From: a virus
Length of the DNA stretch: 64,000 bases
IMG/VR virus record: IMGVR_UViG_3300000970_000007
Location: 25,311-89,310 of that record
Reading direction: 5' to 3' (one strand)
Below are positions 30,895 to 40,404 of the stretch, in pieces. A model generated the notes under the pieces. That model ran no database searches, was not told where the DNA came from, and saw only the letters and a list, made by a program, of their open reading frames with translations. The position numbers and the translations under genes are program-made. The number at the start of each line of letters is the position of its first letter. Within the stretch, counting starts at the first letter, position 1.

Positions 30895-31364
30895 AAAAAT
30901 TAACTGGTACATATAGATTATTAGATGATGAAATTTATACGCACTATAGGAAATATAGGTTACCTAAGAAAATAAAATGCAGAGATAGACGAGAGTTGAA
31001 AACCATTGTTAAAACTATTTTTGAAGTGATAGCGGAACACCTTGTTGAAAAGAGTCACGGAGTAATATTAAGAAATTTTGGTTATTTATTTATATGGAAA
31101 ATACCAAGAAAAACCTCTTATAATATTATGACCAACGGAGGAAAAGTAAAAGAGAAGTTCAATTATAAAACAGACAATCATATATACTCTCCTGTACTTA
31201 TACCATCATTACCGTTTAAAGGTTGGTCAATGGATAATACTTTTAATAAAACTTTGAAGCTAAAATTAAAGGATAAGCTAGTAGCAGGTAAGAAGTATTT
31301 TACTTACATACATAGTTTAAAGAATATAATTAACACTAGAAAAAAAGATGAGTTCAATAAGTAA
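30891..31364 (+). CDS. HU/IHF-like DNA-binding protein
   Basis: Basic 157 aa protein; IVKTIFEVIAEHL...VILRNFGYLFI resembles the HU/IHF helix and beta-arm; matches the known crAss-like IHF, Ttub, Tstab order. Confidence 0.65.
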   Translation: MKKLTGTYRLLDDEIYTHYRKYRLPKKIKCRDRRELKTIVKTIFEVIAEHLVEKSHGVILRNFGYLFIWKIPRKTSYNIMTNGGKVKEKFNYKTDNHIYSPVLIPSLPFKGWSMDNTFNKTLKLKLKDKLVAGKKYFTYIHSLKNIINTRKKDEFNK

Positions 31365-32229
31365 AGAAGAGTTTATAGCTGAAATAAAATCAGACTTTAG
31401 TAAACTAGATGATGCAAATTTAATTGATGAAATATCAATAGAGAGGGATATTTACTTGGCTCTGAAAAATTTCGGTAACGATGTCATGCAACTTCAAGAC
31501 ACAGTACTAGAAATAAACAATGGTAAAGCTTTACTACCAGAAGGGTTTTTCTCTTTAGATGTTGCTTTCAAGTGTGAACCTAAAGGTTACAGTTCAAAAT
31601 CTACAGTAGAACATAATGTTTTACAAGAGTCAAATTTTTTTGTAAGAAAAACACAAAGAGACAAAGAGTGGTCTAGTTGTGAACCTTGCTGTACAACAGA
31701 AAAAGAAACAATAATAGAAGAGAAGTTATATTTTAAAGATAATCCTATTAGTTTTTATTATAACAGACCTCAAATATTAAGACTTGGTAAATCTTTCAAA
31801 AAGTCTAAATGTACATTCAATTGCAGAAACAAATTTGTTAAAGAAAGTCCTTTTGAAATTGTAATAGTAGGTAACACATTACAAGCTAATTTTGATAAAG
31901 GGTATATATACATGAAGTATTCTGGATTACCTACCAACGAGGATGGTGAGTTAGAAATACCAGATTCAGGTAACGGAAATTTAGTTCTATACTTAGAATA
32001 TTTTATTAAGAAAAGATTAGCAGAAAGATTAATTGCCAACGGAGACGGGGTAGGAATATCTAACTTATACCAAACTTATGCTTCAGAGGAGAGAAGGTAT
32101 TTGAAAAATGCTTCAAATGAGTTAAAGATGAGTAAAATAACCCCCAGATCAATGAAAAGATTAAGGACTTTAAGTAGATTAGAGTCTTTACAATATGTTG
32201 TACCTATGGATTTAACTACTGTTTACTAA
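31348..32229 (+). CDS. tail tubular protein (P22 gp4-like ring)
   Basis: 293 aa, lies immediately before the stabilisation/muzzle gene. Confidence 0.65.
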   Translation: MSSISKEEFIAEIKSDFSKLDDANLIDEISIERDIYLALKNFGNDVMQLQDTVLEINNGKALLPEGFFSLDVAFKCEPKGYSSKSTVEHNVLQESNFFVRKTQRDKEWSSCEPCCTTEKETIIEEKLYFKDNPISFYYNRPQILRLGKSFKKSKCTFNCRNKFVKESPFEIVIVGNTLQANFDKGYIYMKYSGLPTNEDGELEIPDSGNGNLVLYLEYFIKKRLAERLIANGDGVGISNLYQTYASEERRYLKNASNELKMSKITPRSMKRLRTLSRLESLQYVVPMDLTTVY

Positions 32230-35200
32230 ATGTCAGGAAATAAGGAAAATATAAATAAGCCTATTAAAGGTATGAATAGAGATACTGCTAAGTATAACTT
32301 ACAAGGAGACTCTTATACTTTTGCTTATAATTCAAACGTAGAAAGCCTAAATGGAGAAGGTCCTTTACAACACACTAATGAACATTCTAATTTATTATGC
32401 TCCAACTTTAAAGAAGGTTACAAGGTAGTAGGACATTTCAATGATTACAATAGTGATAAAACTTATTTCTTTATAACTAATAAAGAAACGGGTCTTTCTG
32501 AAATTGGTGAAATTAGTAGTATAAGTACTTTCATGGACATTAAGGATTTAGAGTCTGAATGTGGTTGTGAGATAACTGTAAATTTAAATGAACCTTTAGA
32601 AAATCAAAATCAAAGTCAAATATGTAATTACACGACTTTAATAACAGATTGCGATGGTAATAGTTGTTTAAATTTCGATGTAGACTTTCCTATACAAAGT
32701 ATAGAAATGATTTATGAAGATAATGATAGAGTTTTATATTTCACGGACAATAAAAACCCTGTTAGAAAGATAAATCTAGATGATTTAGATAGTTACTACT
32801 ATTTGGGAGAAGTTAGTGACTGCGAAGAAGATGTTTCTACTTGTTTAGATTGTGAAAAACTTTTAGTATTCCCACATTTTGAAAAACCTTGTTTAAAAGC
32901 TTCATCTGTTATATTAGGGGGTAATCTGAATGCAGGTAGCTACGAGTTCTTAGTTGCCTACTGCTCTAGTACAGGAGATGAAATATCTAATTACTACTCT
33001 ATAACGAACCCTGTTTATATTTACAATTTAAATAACAACATATTAGTACAACCAGAATTAGACTACCGAACTAATTTAGCAATTAAATTAGAAGTTGAAA
33101 ACCTAGATGATTCTTTTTCTCACTTCAAAATAGTTTCCTTACAGAAAGAAGCCTTAAACCAACAATCTTCTTTCTTTGAGGTAGGTGTTTACCCTATTGA
33201 TAGTAACGTAGTTATTTATAGTACTGACGATAATAAAATAAGAATACCTTTAGCAAGTATCTTACAAAAAAGAATAAGTTACACAAAAGCAAAAGGTTTG
33301 ACAAGTTCTGACGATAGACTTTTTCAATACGGTTTGACAAAACAAAAAGAATTAAATTTACAACCTGTAGTTAATTTAATGGGTGCATTTGCTAAGTGGA
33401 GCACTAATGTAGCAAAAGAAGACTTATACACTAATCCTATATTAACTTCAGAAACTAAAGGTTATATGAGAGATGAAGTATATCCTTTTGGTATTAAATT
33501 CTTTACTAAACAAGGGTACGAAACACCCTTATTTCCTTTAATCCACCGACCAGCTATAGAAGGAGAAAGAGATACCGTAGACTTAAACAATAAAGAAATT
33601 AGGTCAATAAATTCATATGGGGTAAACTGCAACGAGATAGGTAGAACTGAACATTGGCAGTATTACAATACTGCGACAGTAGACCCTGATAAATGTACAA
33701 CACCAGGGAGTGCTGGATCTAATGATGTAAATATAGTTGAAACAAGAAAATGTACTGTAAAAGAAGCAGGGGAAATAAAAGTTGTAGATTCTATATCAAG
33801 TGGTAACTTAATCCTTGAAGGAAATATTGAAGTAAATGATTTAGAGAATTATATAAATGGAGGGGGTGAATTTACAGGAGGTTTGTCAAACTCGGCTCTT
33901 CAGAATATACTTAGTAATTCTTACCCTAGTGATATTTGCAATCCTTTCGAAGGAGAGAGCTGTAGTCAACCAGTAGAGGAAAGCACTGAGATTAGAGTGT
34001 TGGATGTAGAAAATTTTACTAGCAATGTTCAAGAAAAAATATTTCCATTAGAGTATGATAGGTTAATAAAACCTTCTAGCTGCGATAGAGTTTCTAGTTT
34101 ACTACCAGATATTGACAAAGTGGACTTTGATTTTATAGATAACTATATGTTGGGAACAGAAACTGTTAATAAAATTTCAGCACCTTTATCCAATATAAAT
34201 TGTACAAATAAAGAAACATTACCGTTGATTACAGACCCGAACGTTTCTCCAAGTAGTAATTTTTACTTTGATAATATAGGGGCTTTGAGTTTGTCGGGAG
34301 TACTTGATTCTACAAAAACTATATCAGACAGTTCTGACATTAATTCTATCTTTTTAAACAATGTACACAAAGGGTCATTATTTTTTGAAGTGGATTTCAA
34401 TGGTAAACAAGAAATAATCTTTGAAGTATCTGAGTCAAGTGACTGTAGTGAAACAGATGATAATGCAATAGCCACTCAATTAAGGTTTAGTACATTTAAC
34501 TCGTGTAACTCTAACACCTCCGTAGAAAGTTCTATATTTAATGTAAATCAAGGTTTCATAACAACATTGCAAAGAGTTAACTATGCCTCAGATAAAGTTT
34601 TAGTAATATTAGAGTCACCTTTTAGGTTTAGAAACATAATAACTAATAATTCAGGAGGTAATAGCGTGGATGTTTATACTATTACACCCCCTTGTTCATG
34701 CGTTCATGTGGTTCAAAGAGATATTGAGATAGCCAGAACAATTTTCACATTTTCATTATTAACTTTTTATAAAATAGGGGAGTATAGTTCTAGTTGCTCT
34801 TATACTTTACCTGAGTTAGGAAACTGTAATTCAATACCTTATGAAAAAGGTAATTTCTCTTTTTGGGAGTCAGAAAGTAAATACCCTTGTAATAATGACT
34901 TATTTAATTCTCAACTTTTAGATAAAATAGACAGTAATACTATTCCAGAATCTATAAGGCAAGATTTTGAGAAGTATTATGTTGATAGTATAGATGTAAA
35001 CAATAATTACGTATTAAATGACAATGCTAACTTTACAGATAAACCTATAAGGCATTTTAAGTTTCCTTGTAATAGCATTGCACCTTTTATGGACAGTCAG
35101 TTTAAAGTAGATAGTGGTAGAACCTTTATATTTCCAATTGGATTTTCATTGTCCGAGGAGGTTATAAGTTATTTTTTAGATGTGGCGGTAGAAAATGATA

Positions 35201-38136
35201 TAATAGATGCTAAAACTAGAAATGACATAGATTCTTATGAAATATACAGAGGAGATAGGAGAATAAATAAGTCAGTACTTTCAAAAGGTATTGCTTTTGA
35301 CATGTACAGTTACAAAGATGAAATAAATCAAACCAAATGGTATCCCAATTTTCCTTATAATTCTTTAGGTAAAGATGTATTACATAATAATGAACATCCT
35401 CAAGATAGTTTAGGTAATAATAATTATACTTACCACTCCCCTGACACTCATATAAGATCTTCAGACATAGGTAGTGAAATAAAGATAGAAGGTTACGTAT
35501 ATGGTAATTCTTTAGGAAGGTTTGCTCCTGTGGATAGTCACCCTGAATGGGTGATAATGGGTCAACCAGCATACGATTTAGCGAATACCTTAGCAGGTTT
35601 ACAGATAGCTTTTGAAACAGCACAGTTTGTAGGGGATATATCTACTAAAGGAGCTGCTGGAGGAGTTTCAGCAGGAGTCTCTGTTGCAGCAGCAGCAGCA
35701 GCTGTAATATCTTATGGGGCTGCCGCTACATACAGAGCAGGTGAATACAGATATGAATGGTTAGAAATATTTAGAAATTTGGCAACTATTCAAAACTATG
35801 CTTATTTTTACACCTCTCATGGAGAGTACACCTATTTTAAACCTAATAAAGAAGTAAACAGTATAATAAGAGGAATTGGAACAGGTAAGTATATAAAATC
35901 TGGGGACCTAAGAGTTAATCAAGAGTTCAATAATTCTACAATAGATATAAATAACTTAGACAGAGAGCGTTCGGTATACCTAGGATTAGGCGACTTTTCA
36001 GTAGATTATCCTACTGAATATATAAATTATGACAATTTCACAAGTAATGAATTTAACGCTAGTAGGACTATAAGTAGTAAGGATTTAATTTCTTGTTCAG
36101 AAGGTATAAGTACAGAAAATAGGAAACATATAGCTTCACCACTTTTCTCAGTAAAAAACTATTTTCCAGATCAGTATGGTGAAATAAATTCTATCCAGTG
36201 GTTGAGTACAGGTAAATGTGGAAAATTCGATGATTTAAACAATGACTGTAACACTTTTTTTGGAGGAGATATTTTCATAAGTAGATTTTCATTAAAAAGA
36301 AAAATACCATTGTTTAGTGTCAACGCAATGGATCAAGCAGATTTGACCCCTTTTTCATATAGTAGATATAAAAACATAACTACTTTACAATATTATGTTG
36401 ATTACGAAGTTAATGAAGATGGTGCTAGTTTTAGTTCAGTTGTTTTTCCAGATAAGAGAACAAGAATAGACAACATGGATTGTCAAAAGGATGAGTTTTA
36501 TATAAAACCTTCTACAAAATTCTATTTATTTTATTACGGAATACCTAACTTTTTAATAGAAAGCGAGATAAATTGTAATTTAAGGCATGGAAAGCCACAA
36601 CCTAAAGATAATTTTTACCCTAACACTACTGATTATGTAAAGTTTACCCAAGAAGATAACGTATCTATAAGAGAGCCTAATACCTTTTTTTATAATGAGG
36701 TGTACTCAAGTGCTAAGTCATTAATGGGTGTAGATAAATTACCTATTAATTTCAGCAATTCTGATTCTGAAAAAAATACTTTTGTAAACAATTCTGTAAT
36801 TTATTCTAGCAGTAATGGTTGGAGCAGTTATCGTCCTTTGAATTATTATGAGTTCCCTTTAAAGTACGGAGATTTAGTTAGTTTAGATGGTATAGAATCT
36901 TCTCAATTAATAGGTAGATTTGTAAATCAAACAATCCTGTATAATAAATTAAACAGTTTTTCAGATGCTACTACTGTTAATAACAATTTATTAGGAGATG
37001 GTTCTTTATTCTCACAAAGACCTTATGAGTTTAATACAACAGACATTGGTTTTTCAGGAAGTCAACATAAAGCAATGGTCAGTTGTGAATTCGGGCATTT
37101 TTGGGTTGACTCTAAGAGAGGAGACGTTTTTCATTTGAAACCAAATGCTTCTGGAAAATCTAATATAACATTAGGTTTAAAACATTGGTTTAAAGAGCAT
37201 TTACCTTTCAAAATACTTAAAGGAAGCGTAGAGGGTCTGTCAGCATTAGATTTAGATAATACTTATAAAGGATTAGGTATTACACTAGGTTGGGATAGTA
37301 GATTTAAAAGGTTATTTTTAACAAAGTTAGATTATGAAATAGCTGAAGATAAGAAAGGATCTCTAAGGTTTTCAGAAGGTAAATTTTTAGATGGTTCTTT
37401 AGAGATAGACTTCTCAAACGAAGACTACTTCAAACCGTGTCATTTTACAATAGCTTATAAACCTGAATATCAATCTTGGATATCTTACTATTCATTTCAT
37501 CCTAATTTTTATAATAGTTTTGATAATTACTTCCAAACAGGTTATAATAACGGAAGCGGATCCTTATGGTCTCATTTACTTACTAATCAGTCTTACCAAG
37601 TTTTTAATGGTATAAAACAACCTTGGATAGTAGAGTATGCTTTGGCTAACTCTATGAATAATTCTAATCTAAATAACATACATTATTGGTTAGATACTAA
37701 GAGGTATAGTGGTAGATATGATTTTTCAGAAAAAAGAGGTTTAGGTTTTAACAAAGCTGTTGTGTACAACAAGAGTAATAATTCAGGTAATTTAAACTTG
37801 GTCAAAGCCGAAAAAAATAACTTATTCCAACAAACTCAATACCCTAAACATAATAACACTAGCTTGGATATTTTAGCTACTGAGGACGATAAGAAATGGA
37901 GCTTTAATCATACATATAACTTAGTAAAAGACGAAACAAACAACATCCCTATATGGCTTAATGATTGTAATGAAATATTGAAACAAATTAATATTAAATC
38001 CGTATCTTACACAAGTAATTGGAAAGACCGATTAAGAGGTGATTATTTCTTAGTCAGATTAATACAAGATTTGAAAACAAATTTCAGTATGACTTTAAAG
38101 TGGACTACTGATAATAGAAATTATTATGAACAATAA
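32230..38136 (+). CDS. tail stabilisation / muzzle protein (P22 gp10-like)
   Basis: 1968 aa; N-terminal KGMNRD, beta-propeller-like FTDNKNPVRKINL, YMRDEVYPFGI, and C-terminal SWISYYSFHP. Confidence 0.75.
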   Translation: MSGNKENINKPIKGMNRDTAKYNLQGDSYTFAYNSNVESLNGEGPLQHTNEHSNLLCSNFKEGYKVVGHFNDYNSDKTYFFITNKETGLSEIGEISSISTFMDIKDLESECGCEITVNLNEPLENQNQSQICNYTTLITDCDGNSCLNFDVDFPIQSIEMIYEDNDRVLYFTDNKNPVRKINLDDLDSYYYLGEVSDCEEDVSTCLDCEKLLVFPHFEKPCLKASSVILGGNLNAGSYEFLVAYCSSTGDEISNYYSITNPVYIYNLNNNILVQPELDYRTNLAIKLEVENLDDSFSHFKIVSLQKEALNQQSSFFEVGVYPIDSNVVIYSTDDNKIRIPLASILQKRISYTKAKGLTSSDDRLFQYGLTKQKELNLQPVVNLMGAFAKWSTNVAKEDLYTNPILTSETKGYMRDEVYPFGIKFFTKQGYETPLFPLIHRPAIEGERDTVDLNNKEIRSINSYGVNCNEIGRTEHWQYYNTATVDPDKCTTPGSAGSNDVNIVETRKCTVKEAGEIKVVDSISSGNLILEGNIEVNDLENYINGGGEFTGGLSNSALQNILSNSYPSDICNPFEGESCSQPVEESTEIRVLDVENFTSNVQEKIFPLEYDRLIKPSSCDRVSSLLPDIDKVDFDFIDNYMLGTETVNKISAPLSNINCTNKETLPLITDPNVSPSSNFYFDNIGALSLSGVLDSTKTISDSSDINSIFLNNVHKGSLFFEVDFNGKQEIIFEVSESSDCSETDDNAIATQLRFSTFNSCNSNTSVESSIFNVNQGFITTLQRVNYASDKVLVILESPFRFRNIITNNSGGNSVDVYTITPPCSCVHVVQRDIEIARTIFTFSLLTFYKIGEYSSSCSYTLPELGNCNSIPYEKGNFSFWESESKYPCNNDLFNSQLLDKIDSNTIPESIRQDFEKYYVDSIDVNNNYVLNDNANFTDKPIRHFKFPCNSIAPFMDSQFKVDSGRTFIFPIGFSLSEEVISYFLDVAVENDIIDAKTRNDIDSYEIYRGDRRINKSVLSKGIAFDMYSYKDEINQTKWYPNFPYNSLGKDVLHNNEHPQDSLGNNNYTYHSPDTHIRSSDIGSEIKIEGYVYGNSLGRFAPVDSHPEWVIMGQPAYDLANTLAGLQIAFETAQFVGDISTKGAAGGVSAGVSVAAAAAAVISYGAAATYRAGEYRYEWLEIFRNLATIQNYAYFYTSHGEYTYFKPNKEVNSIIRGIGTGKYIKSGDLRVNQEFNNSTIDINNLDRERSVYLGLGDFSVDYPTEYINYDNFTSNEFNASRTISSKDLISCSEGISTENRKHIASPLFSVKNYFPDQYGEINSIQWLSTGKCGKFDDLNNDCNTFFGGDIFISRFSLKRKIPLFSVNAMDQADLTPFSYSRYKNITTLQYYVDYEVNEDGASFSSVVFPDKRTRIDNMDCQKDEFYIKPSTKFYLFYYGIPNFLIESEINCNLRHGKPQPKDNFYPNTTDYVKFTQEDNVSIREPNTFFYNEVYSSAKSLMGVDKLPINFSNSDSEKNTFVNNSVIYSSSNGWSSYRPLNYYEFPLKYGDLVSLDGIESSQLIGRFVNQTILYNKLNSFSDATTVNNNLLGDGSLFSQRPYEFNTTDIGFSGSQHKAMVSCEFGHFWVDSKRGDVFHLKPNASGKSNITLGLKHWFKEHLPFKILKGSVEGLSALDLDNTYKGLGITLGWDSRFKRLFLTKLDYEIAEDKKGSLRFSEGKFLDGSLEIDFSNEDYFKPCHFTIAYKPEYQSWISYYSFHPNFYNSFDNYFQTGYNNGSGSLWSHLLTNQSYQVFNGIKQPWIVEYALANSMNNSNLNNIHYWLDTKRYSGRYDFSEKRGLGFNKAVVYNKSNNSGNLNLVKAEKNNLFQQTQYPKHNNTSLDILATEDDKKWSFNHTYNLVKDETNNIPIWLNDCNEILKQINIKSVSYTSNWKDRLRGDYFLVRLIQDLKTNFSMTLKWTTDNRNYYEQ

Positions 38137-38138
38137 TT

Positions 38139-39038
38139 ATGGTGACAGAAGATAAAATACCAGGAATTGATATAATACCTGAACAAAAGGAAACTGTAAA
38201 ATTACCAACAAGAAGTTCTTTACAGAAAGAATTAGGAGAAAACGCTTATATATTTGAAAGAGATGGTAAGACCTATGGTATTAGAACTAAAGGTGATAAT
38301 GTTAACTTAGATAATATGTCTGATAAGATGCAGAACCTTATTATAGACCTTACTGAGAAAACAGGAGTTAATGGTTTAGTACCAGATGTAGATCTAATTA
38401 TAACTTCTGCTAATGACGGTAAACATGTAAAAGGTAGTAAGCATTATTCAGGAATGGCTTTAGATTTTAGAATACCCATAGAAGATAGAAAAAACAGAGC
38501 TTCTGTATATAAATCATCTGTTTATAAGTTTTTCAGTGAGGGAGAAGGAGCTAAGGTTTTAGAAAAAAATGGTGCAAGATTTCTAGACCCTTTACATTAT
38601 AAATTAGATACTGAGGAAAAGACAGTAGCCAACGCACATATGCATATAGAATTTTTAGGAGGAGGGCATTATATAGGAGATGGACACAATCACTCGCAAG
38701 ATGAGATTGTAAAAGAAGCAGAAGAACCTATTGACGTAGATAGTAAGATAGTTAATATACCAGAAGGGTCTTTTGAGGGGTCTATAGCATACGAGATGGC
38801 TCTAAATAGAAAAGAAGAATTGTTGAAAAAAAAAGAAGGTCAAGAAGCATTGAAAACAGAAAAAGATACTGTAAAACAAAATATCTTAAATAGAATAAAA
38901 AGTCTGAATAAAGTTGTTGAACCGACTTCTTCTGAACAAAACCAAAATAGTATAAACCCTGTTGTTAATAGACAAAACCTACCAGGTTTAATAGATGGTG
39001 TTTCTATAATTGATAAGTCTTTATACTCAGCTAGTTAA
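38139..39038 (+). CDS. virion-associated peptidase M15-family (Hedgehog/DD-peptidase fold) protein
   Basis: SKHYSGMALD matches SxHxxGxAxD, with a downstream HMH motif. Confidence 0.75.
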   Translation: MVTEDKIPGIDIIPEQKETVKLPTRSSLQKELGENAYIFERDGKTYGIRTKGDNVNLDNMSDKMQNLIIDLTEKTGVNGLVPDVDLIITSANDGKHVKGSKHYSGMALDFRIPIEDRKNRASVYKSSVYKFFSEGEGAKVLEKNGARFLDPLHYKLDTEEKTVANAHMHIEFLGGGHYIGDGHNHSQDEIVKEAEEPIDVDSKIVNIPEGSFEGSIAYEMALNRKEELLKKKEGQEALKTEKDTVKQNILNRIKSLNKVVEPTSSEQNQNSINPVVNRQNLPGLIDGVSIIDKSLYSAS

Positions 39039-39077
39039 ATCTTTATTAACTTTTTTTAAAATAACCTTATAAAACAC

Positions 39078-39085
39078 TATATTTG
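39078..39085 (+). promoter_or_regulatory. Bacteroidota-type -7 box (TATATTTG)
   Basis: 4 nt upstream of the ATG at 39090. Confidence 0.55.
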
Positions 39086-39089
39086 AAGC

Positions 39090-40265
39090 ATGAATAATGA
39101 TATGAGTTACTTTTCTAAATTCTTTTTAGGAGGACCTGTAGGAGGACCTGAAAATAAAGGAATGTTAGATGCTGAAAACCTTCTGAACGAAGATATATAC
39201 CAACAAGCTGTAGATAGTGGACAAAGAACGCAGTCTCAATTTGACCAATTTAAGTTAGAACAACAGCCAGAATCTATCAATTCTCTTGTTGGAAAAAGTA
39301 GAAGTGAGGTGGAAGACATGTTTTTTAGGCAAGAAATAACTCAACAAGAATATGACAACTACTTTTCTAATTTACCAGAAGAAAAAAATCAGGGGGAGAA
39401 CCTAGGTAGTGGAGTAGAAAAAGACCCTAAAAAAGGAGAAGTAATGGATGCTGCTATGAGAGGTTTTTCAAAAGGACAGCAAGGTTATGGTATGGAAGAG
39501 TCTTTATTTAAAATAGGTCAAGCTATCGGAGGTGGTGGAGGTGGTGCAGTAGGTACTATCGGTGCTGTAGGGACAGCTCTATTAAGCGGTGCTAAAGCTG
39601 TGGCAGGAGGTATAGGGTTTCAAAGAAGAAGTCAAGCTACTATGGATAAAGCAAGAGAGCAAGAAGCAGAAGATAGACGTAATAACCTTATTTATGGAGA
39701 AGATGGAGGTCCGATACTAGGCGATCCTCTTAAAGATTCAACTAGCGTAACATCACCTTTCGGGCAAGATACTTTTGAATCAATAGAAATTGAAAATAGA
39801 GACTATGTCCCTACTAAAATAGAAGTAGATAACTTTTTAATGGAGTTAGATGAGCCTACAGCGAACTATGATTCTAAATCTAGTTACAAAGATACTGTAA
39901 ACATAAGGGATAAAGCTGTTTACATGAATGGAGGAATTTCAGAGGAAGATTTAGCAAACATGTTTGACATAGACGTAGATTTATTCAAAGAAGGTGGCAT
40001 TACCTACAGAGGAGAGTCTTTTAGAGGATATAATAAACCTAAAAGAACAGCTAGTCACCCTACTAAGTCACATGCTGTATTGGCAAAAGAAGGAGATAAA
40101 GTGAAGTTAATAAGGTTTGGGCAACAAGGAGTTAAAGGAGCAGGTTCAAACCCTAAAACTGCCAAAGAAAAAGCACGTAGGAAGTCTTTCAAAGCTAGAC
40201 ATGCTAAGAACATAAAGAAAGGTAAGATGAGCGCAGCCTTTTGGGCTAATAAAAGCAAGTGGTAG
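39090..40265 (+). CDS. putative internal virion protein with Gly-rich hydrophobic segment and basic C-terminal domain
   Basis: 391 aa; GGGGGAVGTIGAVGTALLSG segment; C-terminal YNKPKRT...IRFGQQG...SFKARH...AFWANKSKW domain. Confidence 0.65.
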   Translation: MNNDMSYFSKFFLGGPVGGPENKGMLDAENLLNEDIYQQAVDSGQRTQSQFDQFKLEQQPESINSLVGKSRSEVEDMFFRQEITQQEYDNYFSNLPEEKNQGENLGSGVEKDPKKGEVMDAAMRGFSKGQQGYGMEESLFKIGQAIGGGGGGAVGTIGAVGTALLSGAKAVAGGIGFQRRSQATMDKAREQEAEDRRNNLIYGEDGGPILGDPLKDSTSVTSPFGQDTFESIEIENRDYVPTKIEVDNFLMELDEPTANYDSKSSYKDTVNIRDKAVYMNGGISEEDLANMFDIDVDLFKEGGITYRGESFRGYNKPKRTASHPTKSHAVLAKEGDKVKLIRFGQQGVKGAGSNPKTAKEKARRKSFKARHAKNIKKGKMSAAFWANKSKW

Positions 40266-40276
40266 ATAAAATACAT

Positions 40277-40393
40277 ATGAAAGTTAAGAAAAAGAAAAGT
40301 ACAGCTAAGAAGTGTTGGAAAGGTTACACTAAGAAAGGTATAAAATTAAAAGGTGGTAAAAAAGTAAATAACTGCGTTAAAAAGAAAAAGTAA
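40277..40393 (+). CDS. 38-aa basic peptide missed by the ORF track
   Basis: Manual translation: MKVKKKKSTAKKCWKGYTKKGIKLKGGKKVNNCVKKKK; it fills the gap between two + strand genes. Confidence 0.7.
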   Translation: MKVKKKKSTAKKCWKGYTKKGIKLKGGKKVNNCVKKKK

Positions 40394-40404
40394 ATATTCT
40401 TATT

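Noticed and set aside
32227-32232. In-frame TAA-ATG junction between the tubular and muzzle genes as readthrough
   Set aside because: Both genes look like complete members of separate families, so ordinary translational coupling suffices.
39964-39983. DIDVD (DxDxD) motif in the 391 aa protein as an RNA polymerase catalytic loop
   Set aside because: It lies in a short acidic linker of a small protein with no room for a double-psi barrel; probably chance in D-rich sequence.
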